This document shows positions 46,721-57,618 of a stretch of 64,000 nucleotides of DNA, piece after piece (the first letter of the stretch is position 1; each line of letters opens with the position of its first letter). The translations under genes and the position numbers were made by a program. The stretch is taken from contig JBDRCT010000033.1 in the NCBI GenBank assembly GCA_043821445.1, positions 5,391 to 69,390 on the forward strand, in the 5' to 3' direction. The notes beneath the pieces are model-generated. The model was not told the origin of the DNA. It saw only the letters and a program-made list of their open reading frames with translations, and did no database searches. This stretch comes from Candidatus Omnitrophota bacterium. Lineage in GTDB: Bacteria; Omnitrophota; Omnitrophia; Omnitrophales; Aquincolibacteriaceae.

Positions 46721-48524
46721 GCTTGAAATTTCCCCATTTTTTTTCTAAAGAATTCCACTCCGCCTCGGCAGCTTCGATCTGGATCTGCAGTTCTTTTAAG
46801 CGCACATTGCGCTCCTTAGAAAAATGAAGCGGGTTCTTCGCCATCTCCTCCAAGACCTTGTTCCGCTCCTCTGTGAAATGCCGCGCACGTCCTTCGGCTT
46901 TTTCCATGCTCTTGCGGAGCTTCGTAAGCTCGACCTTGTGCTCATTCTTCTTAGGCTGCTGAATTTCGACAGGGGGCTTGGAAGCCTTATGGGGGAGAGA
47001 CGCAGACGCGTTGTTTTCATCGCTGTCTTCTTCCTCGCCCCGGGCCACCTGCTCCAGGTGATAAACATAATCCTCATAGCTTCCGGGGTAGTGCAGGATA
47101 CGGCCTTTCTTCACTTCGAGAATGCTTGTCGCCAGAAGATTGACAAAAGTCCGGTCATGGCTGATGAAAAGCACGGTGCCGGAAAAGGCTTTAAGCGCCC
47201 GACCCAAGGCCTCCACCGTTTCGAAATCCAAGTGGTTCGTCGGCTCATCGAGAAGCAGGACATGGCTCTTGGAAAGAAGCAGTCCGGCCAGAACGAGACG
47301 CGCGCGTTCACCGCCGCTTAGAACCTTCACTTTTTTTGAAACGTCATCTCCTTTAAAAAGAAAGCACCCGGCCATGTTCAGCACATCCTGATTGCTGACC
47401 CCTGCCGCGCTTTCGCGCGAAAGATAAGTGTAAATATCATCCTCCGGGTCAAGCACCGCAAAGACATGCTGCGCGTAATAGGCCACTTTGAGCCCGGTTC
47501 CCCAACGAAAACTGCCCCCTTTGGGCGCGAGATCCCCCGCGAGCGTCATGAGAAAGGTCGTCTTCCCCTCACCGTTATTGCCGAGCACCGCGACATGCTT
47601 TCCCCGGTCGATCTCGACTTGGATCTTTCGCGCGATATCTTTTTCCGGATAGCCGATGACAAGATCTTCACAGCTGACCGCCACTCCCGCTTTCGGCTCC
47701 ACAGGCGGGATATGGATCTTAACCGTGCTCATGGGGTGTGCGATCTCGATCGTTTTAAGTTTTGCGAGTTGTTTCATTTTCGACTGTGCACGCGTCGCCG
47801 TGGAAGCCTTCGCCTTGAACCGGTCAATGAAGATCTGGAGTTGTTCCCGTTTCTTGTCGAGACCGCGGTTATAGGCCTGTTTCTGGGCGAGTTGCTCCTC
47901 CTTGAATTCGAAATACTCTTCAATGTCCCCGGGATAAAGGGCAAGCCCTCCGTTCTCGACCTCAAGCGTGTGATCACAGGTCCGCTTCAAGAATTCCCGA
48001 TCGTGGGAGACGACCAGATACCCGCCTTTGAAATCGAGCAGAAAATTTTCTAAAAGGATCAACGTGCTCAAATCTAAATAGTTGCTAGGTTCGTCAAGAA
48101 TCAGGAAATTGGGGTCGCCCAAAAGCATTGCCGCAAGCTTCACGCGCGTCTGAAAACCTCCCGGAAGATTCCGTACGGATTCTTCAAGGATCTCATTTTC
48201 AAGCTGGAACCGCGCGGCGATCTGCCCGCACTCCCAATGCTCGCTCCGCGTGGTGCGCATCAGGAAGTCCACCACCCGCTCCCCGGGCTTGAACGTATCA
48301 TGCTGTTCGAGATAGGAGAGGCGCAACGCAGCGTTGCGCGTGACGGTACCGCTTTCAGCCGATTCGTGTCCGGTGATGATACGGCAAAGCGTGGATTTCC
48401 CGGCCCCGTTGCGGCCGATCACACCGATCTTTTGATCATCTCCGAATGACGCGGTGGCGTTATCGAGGATCGTTACAGCGCCATAGGCCTTGTGCAATTC
48501 ATTGACTTGTAATAAGACGGTCAT
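46707..48524 (-). CDS. ABC-F family ATPase
   Basis: Two NBDs (GRNGAGKS, GNNGEGKT, LSGGE, LDEPTNHLD), no TMs. Confidence 0.93.
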   Translation of the reverse strand: MTVLLQVNELHKAYGAVTILDNATASFGDDQKIGVIGRNGAGKSTLCRIITGHESAESGTVTRNAALRLSYLEQHDTFKPGERVVDFLMRTTRSEHWECGQIAARFQLENEILEESVRNLPGGFQTRVKLAAMLLGDPNFLILDEPSNYLDLSTLILLENFLLDFKGGYLVVSHDREFLKRTCDHTLEVENGGLALYPGDIEEYFEFKEEQLAQKQAYNRGLDKKREQLQIFIDRFKAKASTATRAQSKMKQLAKLKTIEIAHPMSTVKIHIPPVEPKAGVAVSCEDLVIGYPEKDIARKIQVEIDRGKHVAVLGNNGEGKTTFLMTLAGDLAPKGGSFRWGTGLKVAYYAQHVFAVLDPEDDIYTYLSRESAAGVSNQDVLNMAGCFLFKGDDVSKKVKVLSGGERARLVLAGLLLSKSHVLLLDEPTNHLDFETVEALGRALKAFSGTVLFISHDRTFVNLLATSILEVKKGRILHYPGSYEDYVYHLEQVARGEEEDSDENNASASLPHKASKPPVEIQQPKKNEHKVELTKLRKSMEKAEGRARHFTEERNKVLEEMAKNPLHFSKERNVRLKELQIQIEAAEAEWNSLEKKWGNFKHEKL

Positions 48525-48681
48525 TGTCTAAGATTCTTTTCCATTAGGGTTGATGATAACCGCCCAATTTCCGCCCAAGTCTTTGTTTTCTTTTAATCAA
48601 TGGCGACTTGGGCGGCACTGATTACCTTCATTTTGAAACAGAATCAAGTGCCGCTACGTAGAAATTGATAGGTGTTGGGAC
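48520..48681. repeat. nested hairpin array (42-nt family)
   Basis: One 41-nt unit interrupted by an 80-nt two-hairpin insert; GTCATTGTCTAAGATT repeated at 48520 and 48683. Confidence 0.8.
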
Positions 48682-48683
48682 AG

Positions 48684-49703
48684 TCATTGTCTAAGATTTT
48701 TTTCGGTAAATTTAATGATCTGGCTCATCATTTCAACGCATTGAACGGGATAAAGGCCAGCGGCAGATTCGGCGGAAAGCATCACGTAGTCCGTTCCATC
48801 GAGAATTGCGTTCGCCACATCACTGACTTCGGCGCGGGTCGGGATGGGATGTTCCGTCATGCTCTCAAGCATCTGGGTCGCCGTGATCACGAATTTCTTC
48901 GCCTTATTGCATTTCTTAATGATCTTCTTCTGAATCGAGGGCACTTCATAAATCGGAACAGAGATCCCCATATCCCCGCGTGCGACCATGATCCCTTCGC
49001 AAACGCTTATGATTTCATCGATATTTCGGATCCCTTCCCGGTTCTCAATCTTGGCGATCACGTCGCATTCGTGGGAGTGGCTTTTCAGATGAGACCGGAG
49101 ATCTAAAATATCCCTTTTATTCCGTACGAAAGATTGTGCGATATAATCCACTTTATGCTCGATGCAAAAATGAATGTCCTCCCTGTCCTTCCGGGTCAGC
49201 CCCGTGACATCCAATTGCACGCCAGGCATATTGATTCCTTTGCGTTCTTTGATCGCACCTCCAACGATCACGCGAGTCTTGAGATTTTTTTGATCACGAG
49301 CCTCGACTTTGAGGGCAATAAGACCGTCGTCAATGTAGATAAGCTGGCCTGGTTTGATAGGTCGCAAAGAACCCACCCAATCAAAGGGAATATGGGAATT
49401 TTCTCCGACCGTGTTTTCCGTCGTGAGCCAGAGAATCTGCCGCTTCTTGACCTCGACCGGCTTCTGCCCCTTCAGCTCACCAATCCTCATTCGATAACCT
49501 TCGAGATCTCCCAGGATTTGGATGCGGCGGCGATATTTTTTGTTCAGCGCTCTGATGAGACAGATCTTCTCCCGGTGCTCCGCAAGCGTTCCGTGGGAAA
49601 AATTAAGCCGTACCACATCCATTCCCGCACGCATCATCTGCCGCAGGACATTGGCCCGGCTTGAAGCGGGACCCAGCGTGCAAATGATCTTTGTGCTCGT
49701 CAT
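48684..49703 (-). CDS. pyk: pyruvate kinase (short, no C-terminal domain)
   Basis: [38 protein letters not shown]. Confidence 0.93.
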   Translation of the reverse strand: MTSTKIICTLGPASSRANVLRQMMRAGMDVVRLNFSHGTLAEHREKICLIRALNKKYRRRIQILGDLEGYRMRIGELKGQKPVEVKKRQILWLTTENTVGENSHIPFDWVGSLRPIKPGQLIYIDDGLIALKVEARDQKNLKTRVIVGGAIKERKGINMPGVQLDVTGLTRKDREDIHFCIEHKVDYIAQSFVRNKRDILDLRSHLKSHSHECDVIAKIENREGIRNIDEIISVCEGIMVARGDMGISVPIYEVPSIQKKIIKKCNKAKKFVITATQMLESMTEHPIPTRAEVSDVANAILDGTDYVMLSAESAAGLYPVQCVEMMSQIIKFTEKNLRQ

Positions 49704-49727
49704 GGAGATGCTCCTTGGGTAGAAAAC

Positions 49728-50870
49728 TCAGACGCGGGAAGCAATGATCTTTGCCACGGCATCAGGCGTAATGTCGCCGTGTTCACCAAAAACAGAGTCT
49801 CTCTCTTTGAAGCGTTCACGCACTTTGCGAGCGGCCTCCTTGGCGGAGATCTTGTAGTCGCCAAGACGCGTCGGCATCTTCATGGAATGAAAAAACGTTT
49901 CGGTTTTCAGGATGGCCTCTTTCGCGGTCTTAACATTCCAAATGCGTTGCCCATACTGTTCCAGTTTTTTCTTTTTTGCGGTCAATTTATATTGCCAGAC
50001 CCCCGGAAGAACAATCGCCAGGGTTTCCGCGTGATCAAGCCCGTAAAAAGCGGTCAACTCGTGGGCGATCATGTGTGTCGACCAATCCTGCGGCACGCCG
50101 CAACCGATCAAAGTATTCAACGCAAGCGCCGCGCTCCACATGAATGTCGCGCGGGCCTCATAGTCCTTGGGCTTGTTCAAGGCCAAAGGCGCCACTTCGA
50201 TCAAGGTTTGAAGAAGCGATTCCGCCATCCGGTCCTGGAGCGGAGCATGCGCCGGATATGTCATGTACTGCTCCATCACGTGCACGAACGCGTCCACGAT
50301 CCCATTGCGCACTTGCTTGACGGGTAATGAAAATGTCGTTTCGGGATCCAAGACAGAGAACCGGGGAAACACGTGAGGCGAAAAAAAATAAAGCTTTTCC
50401 CGGGTCGCCCCCCGGGAGATCACAGAATTTCCGTTCACTTCGGAGCCCGTCGCGGGAAGCGTCAACACGGTGCCGATCGGGAGCGCTGTTTTGACATTGG
50501 CGCCGTCTTCCAGAAGAATAGTCCATGGATCTGCTCCGCTGAAGCACGCTGCGGCCGCGATGAATTTCGCGGCGTCCAGGACCGAGCCACCCCCCACCGC
50601 CATGATAAAACCGATCTTTTCCTTTTTAACAACCTCGACGGCTTTAAGGCAGGTTTCATAGAGCGGGTTGGGTTCGACACCGCCGAATTCGGTCACGCGA
50701 TGGCCTTTGAGCGCGGCCTTGACCTGCGTGTAGACGCCGTTCTTTTTGATCGATCCACCGCCATAAAGAAAAAGCACGCCGAGATCTTTGGGAACACGTC
50801 CCGTGATCTCGCGGATCATGCCTTTGCCAAAAAGGACCTCGGTGGGATTTTTGTAAATAAAATTTTGCAT
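49728..50870 (-). CDS. iron-containing alcohol dehydrogenase (YqhD/Bdh-like)
   Basis: GGGSVLD, TLPATGSE, DWSTHMIAHE. Confidence 0.9.
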   Translation of the reverse strand: MQNFIYKNPTEVLFGKGMIREITGRVPKDLGVLFLYGGGSIKKNGVYTQVKAALKGHRVTEFGGVEPNPLYETCLKAVEVVKKEKIGFIMAVGGGSVLDAAKFIAAAACFSGADPWTILLEDGANVKTALPIGTVLTLPATGSEVNGNSVISRGATREKLYFFSPHVFPRFSVLDPETTFSLPVKQVRNGIVDAFVHVMEQYMTYPAHAPLQDRMAESLLQTLIEVAPLALNKPKDYEARATFMWSAALALNTLIGCGVPQDWSTHMIAHELTAFYGLDHAETLAIVLPGVWQYKLTAKKKKLEQYGQRIWNVKTAKEAILKTETFFHSMKMPTRLGDYKISAKEAARKVRERFKERDSVFGEHGDITPDAVAKIIASRV

Positions 50871-50956
50871 GAATAGCTCCTATCAAAGTGGACGCAAAGC
50901 CACAAACCATTGCCGGAGGGCTAGCTCAGGATGAGGCACCGCGACAACCCGCCTGT

Positions 50957-52396
50957 TTAATATTTATAATGCTCGGGTTTGTAGGGACCATCGAGAGGAA
51001 CGTCAAGATACTCGGATTGTTTTTTCGTAAGCCTTGTGAGCCGGGCGCCCAGTTTTTCCAAATGGAGCCGGGCCACTTCCTCATCAAGCTTCTTCTCAAG
51101 GCGATAAACGCCGGGCTTTTTAGGGTTCATCACCAGATCGATCTGCGCGAGCGTCTGATTCGTGAAGGAGTTCGACATCACAAAGCTCGGATGGCCCGTG
51201 GCACAGCCAAGGTTCACGAGACGGCCTTCCGCAAGAAGAATGATCGAATGCCCGTCCGGGAAAACATATTTATCGACCTGCGGTTTGATGTTGATCTTTT
51301 TGATGCCCGGCCACTTTTGAAGCTGAGCGACCTGGATCTCATGATCAAAATGTCCGATGTTGCAGACGATAGATTCGTCCTTCATCTTGGACATGTGTTC
51401 GGCGGTGATGACGTCGATATTGCCCGTCGTGGTCACATAGATATCCCCGATATCAAGCACATCCTCCAGTCGCGCGACTTGAAAACCGGCCATTGTCGCC
51501 TGGAGCGCACAGATCGGATCGATCTCGGTCACGATGACGCGAGCTCCGAAACCGTGCATGGCCTGGGCGCTGCCTTTGCCCACGTCCCCGTAGCCTAACA
51601 CCACGGCAACCTTGCCCGCGATCATTACATCGGTCGCTCGTTTGATGCCATCCGCCAGGGATTCGCGGCACCCGTAGAGATTATCAAATTTGGATTTGGT
51701 CACAGAATCGTTCACGTTGATTGCCGGGACCAGAAGTTTCCCCTGTTCCTGCATTTTGTACAGGCGACGAACGCCCGTCGTCGTTTCCTCGGAAACGCCT
51801 TCCCATTCCTTGACCACTCTGTGCCATTTCCTGGGATCGTCCTTCATGACCTTTTTCAGAAGTTTGAAAAGTTCGATCTCGTCCTGAGTGCCGACCTTCT
51901 TGTCGAGGATCTTCGGATCTTTCTCCGCGTCATAACCCAAATGGATCATGAGCGTCGCATCGCCCCCGTCGTCCACGATAAGATTCGGGCCCTTGCCGCC
52001 CGAAAAGTTGAGCGCCTGGAGCGTACACCACCAATATTCTTCCAGAGTCTCTCCTTTCCAAGCGAACACCGGAATGCCCTTCACGGCCAAAGCGGCCGCG
52101 GCATGGTCCTGTGTGGAAAAAATATTACAGGAGCACCAACGAACATCGGCCCCAAGCTCGATCAAAGTCTCGATCAGTACTGCGGTCTGGATCGTCATGT
52201 GGAGACTGCCCATGATCCGCTTGCCCTGAAGAGGTTTCTTGGGCCCGTACTTCTTGCGGGTCGCCATCAGCCCCGGCATTTCTTTCTCGGCCATATCGAG
52301 TTCCTTACGGCCCCAGTCGGCAAGCGAAAGGTCCGCGACCTTGAAATCGTTCTTCACTTTGAAAGCATGGACTTTCTTTTTGCCTTTTTTTGTCAT
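50957..52396 (-). CDS. ahcY: adenosylhomocysteinase
   Basis: [29 protein letters not shown]. Confidence 0.97.
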   Translation of the reverse strand: MTKKGKKKVHAFKVKNDFKVADLSLADWGRKELDMAEKEMPGLMATRKKYGPKKPLQGKRIMGSLHMTIQTAVLIETLIELGADVRWCSCNIFSTQDHAAAALAVKGIPVFAWKGETLEEYWWCTLQALNFSGGKGPNLIVDDGGDATLMIHLGYDAEKDPKILDKKVGTQDEIELFKLLKKVMKDDPRKWHRVVKEWEGVSEETTTGVRRLYKMQEQGKLLVPAINVNDSVTKSKFDNLYGCRESLADGIKRATDVMIAGKVAVVLGYGDVGKGSAQAMHGFGARVIVTEIDPICALQATMAGFQVARLEDVLDIGDIYVTTTGNIDVITAEHMSKMKDESIVCNIGHFDHEIQVAQLQKWPGIKKINIKPQVDKYVFPDGHSIILLAEGRLVNLGCATGHPSFVMSNSFTNQTLAQIDLVMNPKKPGVYRLEKKLDEEVARLHLEKLGARLTRLTKKQSEYLDVPLDGPYKPEHYKY

Positions 52397-52412
52397 GGTC
52401 TTTTCTTCTAAG

Positions 52413-53600
52413 TTAAGCTGCACAGACGACTTTTCTGCAACCACAGTTGTCTTTGAGCTTCAGCGCTTTTCGAAGTTGATCGACCGCATCCGTTTTTTCC
52501 CATGTAAAACCGGCTTCCGAACGGCCAAAATGCCCGTACGCGGCGGTCTTATTGTAGATAGGACGGCGAAGATCCAAGGTCGCGATGATGCCTTTAGGCG
52601 TAAAATCAAAAACTTTCCGGACCGCTTCCACGATCTCTTCGTTGTCGAACTTGCTGGTCCCGAATGTTTCCACGCGGATCGAAACGGGTTCTGCCACGCC
52701 GATCGCGTAGGAAACCTGGATCTCACAACGCTTGGCGATGCCGGCGGCAACGATATTTTTTGCGACATAACGGGCAAAATACGCGGCCGAGCGGTCCACT
52801 TTGGAAGGATCCTTACCGCTGAACGCGCCGCCCCCGTGACGGCCCATGCCGCCATAGGTGTCCACGATGATCTTGCGACCCGTAAGACCTGTGTCTCCAT
52901 GTGGTCCGCCTACCTCGAAACGTCCGGTCGGATTGATGAATATCTTGGTGTTCTTGTCCATCAAGTTGGCCGGGATGACCTTCTTGATGACTTTTTCGGT
53001 CAGGTCCTTGGTGATCGTCGGAAGCGTCACATCCCCATCATGCTGAGAACTAAGCACCACGGCATCCACGCGCACCGGCACATCGCCATCGTATTCCACC
53101 GTAACTTGGCTCTTCGAATCCGGCCGAAGATACTTGATCTTGCCGCTTTTACGAACGGCGGTCAAATAACGGACGAGTTTTTGAGCGAGCATGATCGGAA
53201 GCGGCATAAGTTCTTTTGTCTCATTTGACGCAAACCCGAACATCATGCCTTGGTCCCCGGCGCCGCCCGTATCCACGCCCATCGCGATATCGGGCGACTG
53301 GGTATGGAGCGCAATATCCACCCGGCAGGTCTTATAATCGAAACCGATCTTGGGATCCACATAACCGATCTTCCGGATGATGTTTCGCGCAACTTTTTCG
53401 GCATCGACCTTGGTTTTGCTCGTGATCTCGCCGGCAATGGTCAAGCGGTCAGTCGTGGCCAGACATTCGCAGGCCACGCGCGACGTAGGATCTCCCGCAA
53501 GGTAGGCGTCCAGGATCCCGTCCGAAACCTGGTCGCAAACCTTGTCCGGATGTCCCTCGGAAACAGATTCAGATGTGAAGAAATAATGCCCTTTTTTCAT
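52413..53600 (-). CDS. metK: S-adenosylmethionine synthetase
   Basis: [28 protein letters not shown]. Confidence 0.97.
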   Translation of the reverse strand: MKKGHYFFTSESVSEGHPDKVCDQVSDGILDAYLAGDPTSRVACECLATTDRLTIAGEITSKTKVDAEKVARNIIRKIGYVDPKIGFDYKTCRVDIALHTQSPDIAMGVDTGGAGDQGMMFGFASNETKELMPLPIMLAQKLVRYLTAVRKSGKIKYLRPDSKSQVTVEYDGDVPVRVDAVVLSSQHDGDVTLPTITKDLTEKVIKKVIPANLMDKNTKIFINPTGRFEVGGPHGDTGLTGRKIIVDTYGGMGRHGGGAFSGKDPSKVDRSAAYFARYVAKNIVAAGIAKRCEIQVSYAIGVAEPVSIRVETFGTSKFDNEEIVEAVRKVFDFTPKGIIATLDLRRPIYNKTAAYGHFGRSEAGFTWEKTDAVDQLRKALKLKDNCGCRKVVCAA

Positions 53601-53607
53601 AGTGGTG

Positions 53608-54366
53608 TTACTCCTTTGGATTTGTTGGGGTATTAACAATGGCGTTGGCTTTCCGATAAGAGTCGAGGTCACCGATATCCAACCATTTTCCCTTAAGAGA
53701 AGAAGCAAAGAGGCCTGACGTTTCAGCCAGCCAACGCATATAATGGCCGGGTTGGTCGGTATTATGGCCGCTTGTGATATACCTGTCAAGCAGGCTCCAA
53801 GTCTCCCGGGGAAGCCAATAGATACCGCTCGAGGCCAGCGTGGTGGCGGGTTGGGGCGGTTTTTCCTGAAATTCCAGGATCTTTCCCTCCTGATCGATCC
53901 TGACAAGACCGTAGCGCTTGGCCAGCTCTTTATCCCCAACATCATAGGCCGCGATCACTCCGTGTGGCCGTTTTTTTATTCCAAAATCAACGAACGATGC
54001 CAGGTCAAAATCGAAGAAATTATCTCCTGCGATCACTAAAAGATCGCAAGGACTGACTTTCTTGATCCTGATCACATAAGCCAGGTCCCCGATGGCCCCA
54101 AGGCGGGTCTCATTACTCATCGTGTGGTCGTTCACGACCTCAAGCGGCCAGGGATATTTCATTTTCGCCGCCCAAGCTTCAAAATGCCCGGCGAATTTTT
54201 GATTGCTCACGAGATAAACGGCCTGAACACCTTGAACTTTTTGGACGCGCTCCAGGATCCATTCCAGAATAGGTTTATCCCCCACTAAAAGCAGAGGCTT
54301 CGGCATATTCTCGGTCAGCGGGTAAAGACGCGTCGCATATCCCGCGCAAAGAACGATGACCTTCAT
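53608..54366 (-). CDS. NDP-sugar pyrophosphorylase family nucleotidyltransferase
   Basis: [26 protein letters not shown]. Confidence 0.9.
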   Translation of the reverse strand: MKVIVLCAGYATRLYPLTENMPKPLLLVGDKPILEWILERVQKVQGVQAVYLVSNQKFAGHFEAWAAKMKYPWPLEVVNDHTMSNETRLGAIGDLAYVIRIKKVSPCDLLVIAGDNFFDFDLASFVDFGIKKRPHGVIAAYDVGDKELAKRYGLVRIDQEGKILEFQEKPPQPATTLASSGIYWLPRETWSLLDRYITSGHNTDQPGHYMRWLAETSGLFASSLKGKWLDIGDLDSYRKANAIVNTPTNPKE

Positions 54367-54373
54367 AAGTTCA

Positions 54374-54488
54374 CCCCATTAAAGGCAGGAAGCGCCTGCG
54401 GCACTTCCGTATGCTTCGAAAATCTCATCCGCGTATCTCTCCTTGTTTTCTGCAAACCCAAGAATTCTACCGTTGATTTCTAACGGGG
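54374..54488. mobile_element. degenerate CCCCGTTAGA element
   Basis: CCCCATTAAAGGCAGGAAGCGC (cf. CCCCGTTAGAGATAGGAAGCGC) / TTTCTAACGGGG. Confidence 0.65.
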
Positions 54489-55459
54489 CAGGCCTTTTTG
54501 ATCCGGTCGATTACCTCGACCGACATGGGATCAACCTTGTAGAGCTTTGCCAACTCGCAACTCGTCCAGTCCCCCAGCATGATCATAGAAAAAATCCGGG
54601 CAAGGACCCCCTCGCCTCGGGCCTTGACCTCCACAACCTCGGCACCATGTTCCAGGATCGCCTCCATCGCAACCTTCTTTTTCTTGCGAAGCCACTCCGG
54701 CTCGTTCCGATCCGTCAGAAAAATAGCCGCCGAACGCTTGATCTTGAATTTCGGAAAAATCCAACCTTCGACCTCATGGTGGAACATCTCAGGCAGCGCT
54801 TCGCAAGAAGCAAGCGTCTTTGCGTTCTCAGCGAATTGAGTGCGCCACCGGAGCGCCACGGATTGCATCAACCCTCCACCGTAGATCGCGATATTCTTGT
54901 CGACAAGTTGCTTCGCGAGTTTGCGTGCCTCCATCTCTGGAAAGTGACGGCTCCCGCGAAGCACTTCCCCGATCTCCTTGTCGGAGACTGAGAACCACCG
55001 GCAACGCATAAAAAGAAAAAGAAGCGAAAAAGCCGTGTATCCGATCGTAAAACGCGGCGGGTACCCCTGGGGCAAACGGAAAAACGGGATCTTTCTCTTG
55101 AGAGCCTCCTCCGCGAGCCGTCCCCCGGACGCCACGATAAGAAAATGCGCTTTGCGCGCGACCGCTTGTTCAAAGATCGATTCGACTTCATCCGTATTGC
55201 CGGAGTAGCTTGAAAGGATCACGACAGTTTTAGAATCGACCCATTCGGGAAGCCGCGAGGTCCGGTTCACCGTCCAATGGATGCGCGAACGGCTTTGGGC
55301 AATGGTCCCAAGAATATCTCCACTGATGGCAGAACCGCCCATCCCGCAATAAAGGACCTCCTCAGGCCTTCGGATGAACGAGGACGGAAGGCTGATGCCT
55401 CCGGCGATCACGCGGGCCTTCATGACCTGATTGGCCAAATCCTTCAGATAAACTTCCAT
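54467..55459 (-). CDS. bifunctional phosphoglucose/phosphomannose isomerase (SIS)
   Basis: GMGGSAISG, SSYSGNT, ENAK, PEMFH. Confidence 0.85.
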   Translation of the reverse strand: MEVYLKDLANQVMKARVIAGGISLPSSFIRRPEEVLYCGMGGSAISGDILGTIAQSRSRIHWTVNRTSRLPEWVDSKTVVILSSYSGNTDEVESIFEQAVARKAHFLIVASGGRLAEEALKRKIPFFRLPQGYPPRFTIGYTAFSLLFLFMRCRWFSVSDKEIGEVLRGSRHFPEMEARKLAKQLVDKNIAIYGGGLMQSVALRWRTQFAENAKTLASCEALPEMFHHEVEGWIFPKFKIKRSAAIFLTDRNEPEWLRKKKKVAMEAILEHGAEVVEVKARGEGVLARIFSMIMLGDWTSCELAKLYKVDPMSVEVIDRIKKACPVRNQR

Positions 55460-57207
55460 TATTCGTCGGCAAGCTCCGCGCAAACATTTTTGAGCTTCTC
55501 TTTTAGAAAAGCATAGGACTCTTTACCGGTATGGAACGCGAGGGCCTTTTGGGCGATCTCTTTGGCGTCGGAATAGCGGATCGAACGGATCGCCTTCTTG
55601 ATCTTGGGCAGCATGACAGGACTGGCGCTGATCTCGTCAATCCCAAGCCCCACCAGGAGGATGGCGATCGCCGGATCCGAGGACATTTCTCCGCAGCTTC
55701 CCACCCAAATATTGTGGCCGTGCCCGTTCCGAATCGTCAGGTCGATTAGACGAATGATCGCCGGATGGGTCGGCTCATAAAGATGCGCGATCTTTTCGTT
55801 CATGCGATCGATCGCAAGTACATACTGGATCAAATCGTTCGTCCCGAGGGAAAAGAAATCCACTTCCTTGGCCAATACGTCGCTGGCCAATGCCGCCGAA
55901 GGGATCTCGATCATGGCCCCGACAGGAATGTTCTTGTTGAAAGGAATGCCTTCGTTTTCGAGTTCGGCTTTCGCTTCATTTAATATTTTAAGTGCAGCAC
56001 GGATTTCGTAAACGCCCGTGATCATCGGATACATGATCTTCAAATTTCCTGGGGCACTTGCCCGGAGGATCGCCCGAAGCTGGGTTTTAAAGATATCTGT
56101 GCGCGTCAGACAGAAGCGAATAGCGCGCCAACCCAGATAAGGATTCATCTCGTGGGGGATCTCGAGCGTGGAAGCGAATTTATCGCCTCCAAGATCGAGG
56201 GTGCGAATGATCACCGAATGCGGGTGCATCGCTTGCGCGATATTGCGGTAGGCCTCGTATTGTTCCTGTTCGGTCGGAAGCGTCGCCCGGTTCATGTAAA
56301 AATATTCCGTGCGGAAAAGCCCGACCCCTTCGCCGCCATGAGAAATGACAGACGATGCCTCGTGATGAAATTCGATATTGGCGGCCAGCGCGATGCGTTT
56401 TCCGTCCAGCGTTTCGGCCGGAAGGTCGCGCAACTTATCCAACTCCCCCGTGAGCTGAATAAAACGGTTCCCTTGGGAGTTGAATTTGTCGATGGTCGCT
56501 GGATCGGGATTGATAATCACGACTCCATGCAGCCCATCCACGATGATCGTATCGTCATCCTGAAGTTCATTGACGATCTCTTCAAGTCCCACGACGGCCG
56601 GGATCTCAAGCGAACGCCCGAGGATCGCCGTATGCGATGTCGCCCCGCCGATCTCGGTCATGAACGCCATAACTTTGCTCCGATCAAGTGAAGCCGTATC
56701 CGACGGCGAAAGATCGTGGGAAGCGATGATCACTTTTCCTTGGAATTCCTCTAGGCGTTTTTTTTCTTCGCCACAAAGATTCGCGAGAAGACGTTTGCCC
56801 ACATCGCGGATATCTGAGATGCGCTCTTTGAGGTATTCGTCATTGATCTGGGAAAAGGCCTGAAAGTAGCGCTGGATTACAGCCGCGAAGGCGTATTCCG
56901 CTCCAACCTTTTCGCCCTTGATGACTTCGATCACATCTTCAATCAGGGTCCGGTCTTCGAGAATCAAAAGATGCGCCGTAAAGATATCCGAACTCTCCCG
57001 ACCGATCTGTCCCGAAAGTCTCCGGCGAATGCCGAGAATCTCGGTACGGGTGCGCGTAAGAGCTTCTTCGAACCGGGCGATCTCGTTGGAGATCTGCTCG
57101 GGACCCACGGAACGTTTGGGAAGATTGAAAGAGCCTCCGCTATGCAGGATAAACACCTTCCCGATCGCGATGCCGGGAGATACCCCGATCCCTTGATACT
57201 CTTTCAT
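55459..57207 (-). CDS. ptsI: PTS enzyme I
   Basis: TSHTAIL phospho-His, GLFRTE, GTNDLIQY, CGE. Confidence 0.96.
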   Translation of the reverse strand: MKEYQGIGVSPGIAIGKVFILHSGGSFNLPKRSVGPEQISNEIARFEEALTRTRTEILGIRRRLSGQIGRESSDIFTAHLLILEDRTLIEDVIEVIKGEKVGAEYAFAAVIQRYFQAFSQINDEYLKERISDIRDVGKRLLANLCGEEKKRLEEFQGKVIIASHDLSPSDTASLDRSKVMAFMTEIGGATSHTAILGRSLEIPAVVGLEEIVNELQDDDTIIVDGLHGVVIINPDPATIDKFNSQGNRFIQLTGELDKLRDLPAETLDGKRIALAANIEFHHEASSVISHGGEGVGLFRTEYFYMNRATLPTEQEQYEAYRNIAQAMHPHSVIIRTLDLGGDKFASTLEIPHEMNPYLGWRAIRFCLTRTDIFKTQLRAILRASAPGNLKIMYPMITGVYEIRAALKILNEAKAELENEGIPFNKNIPVGAMIEIPSAALASDVLAKEVDFFSLGTNDLIQYVLAIDRMNEKIAHLYEPTHPAIIRLIDLTIRNGHGHNIWVGSCGEMSSDPAIAILLVGLGIDEISASPVMLPKIKKAIRSIRYSDAKEIAQKALAFHTGKESYAFLKEKLKNVCAELADE

Positions 57208-57211
57208 TATT

Positions 57212-57457
57212 TTATTCTCCAAAATTAGATCCTATGAGTTTGGCCAACGTCTCCATGGCCTCCGCGGCGTCCTTGCCGGTCACGCGCACCGTGATCGACG
57301 ATCCCATTTCGGCCGCAAGGGTCATAATGCCCATGATCGATTTACCATCGGTCTGGATATCTTCTTTTTGAACCTCGACCGACGCCTCAAACCGGTTGGC
57401 CGTCTGGACAAAAACGGCGGCGGGCCGGGCGTGAAGGCCCAGTTTGTTGCTGATCAC
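57212..57457 (-). CDS. ptsH: HPr phosphocarrier (true start probably 57509 across a frameshift)
   Basis: GLHARPAA, KSIMG. Confidence 0.9.
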   Translation of the reverse strand: MISNKLGLHARPAAVFVQTANRFEASVEVQKEDIQTDGKSIMGIMTLAAEMGSSITVRVTGKDAAEAMETLAKLIGSNFGE

Positions 57458-57504
57458 AAAAACTCGCTCAATCGATTCTTGTTTGATTTTTTTTTTGTCG
57501 CTTC

Positions 57505-57588
57505 GGCATGATCTTCCTTAATTAAAAAAATGAATTGGAAATCATGGCTGCCCAAGTCACCCTTATTAAAAAAAACAAAGACTTGGGC
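57505..57588. repeat. two hairpin units (42-nt family) at the ptsH start
   Basis: CATGAT..ATCATG plus GCCCAAGTC..GACTTGGGC; G(G/T)CATGAT repeated 84 nt apart. Confidence 0.75.
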
Positions 57589-57618
57589 GTCATGATTTTC
57601 CTTGATCAAAATGGGCAA

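Noticed and set aside
50871-50956. SAH/SAM riboswitch near ahcY
   Set aside because: It lies downstream of ahcY and lacks recognisable consensus motifs.
53601-53945. Long N-terminal extension of MetK in the ORF track
   Set aside because: It overlaps the nucleotidyltransferase gene; an SD and ATG at 53600 fit a normal MetK.
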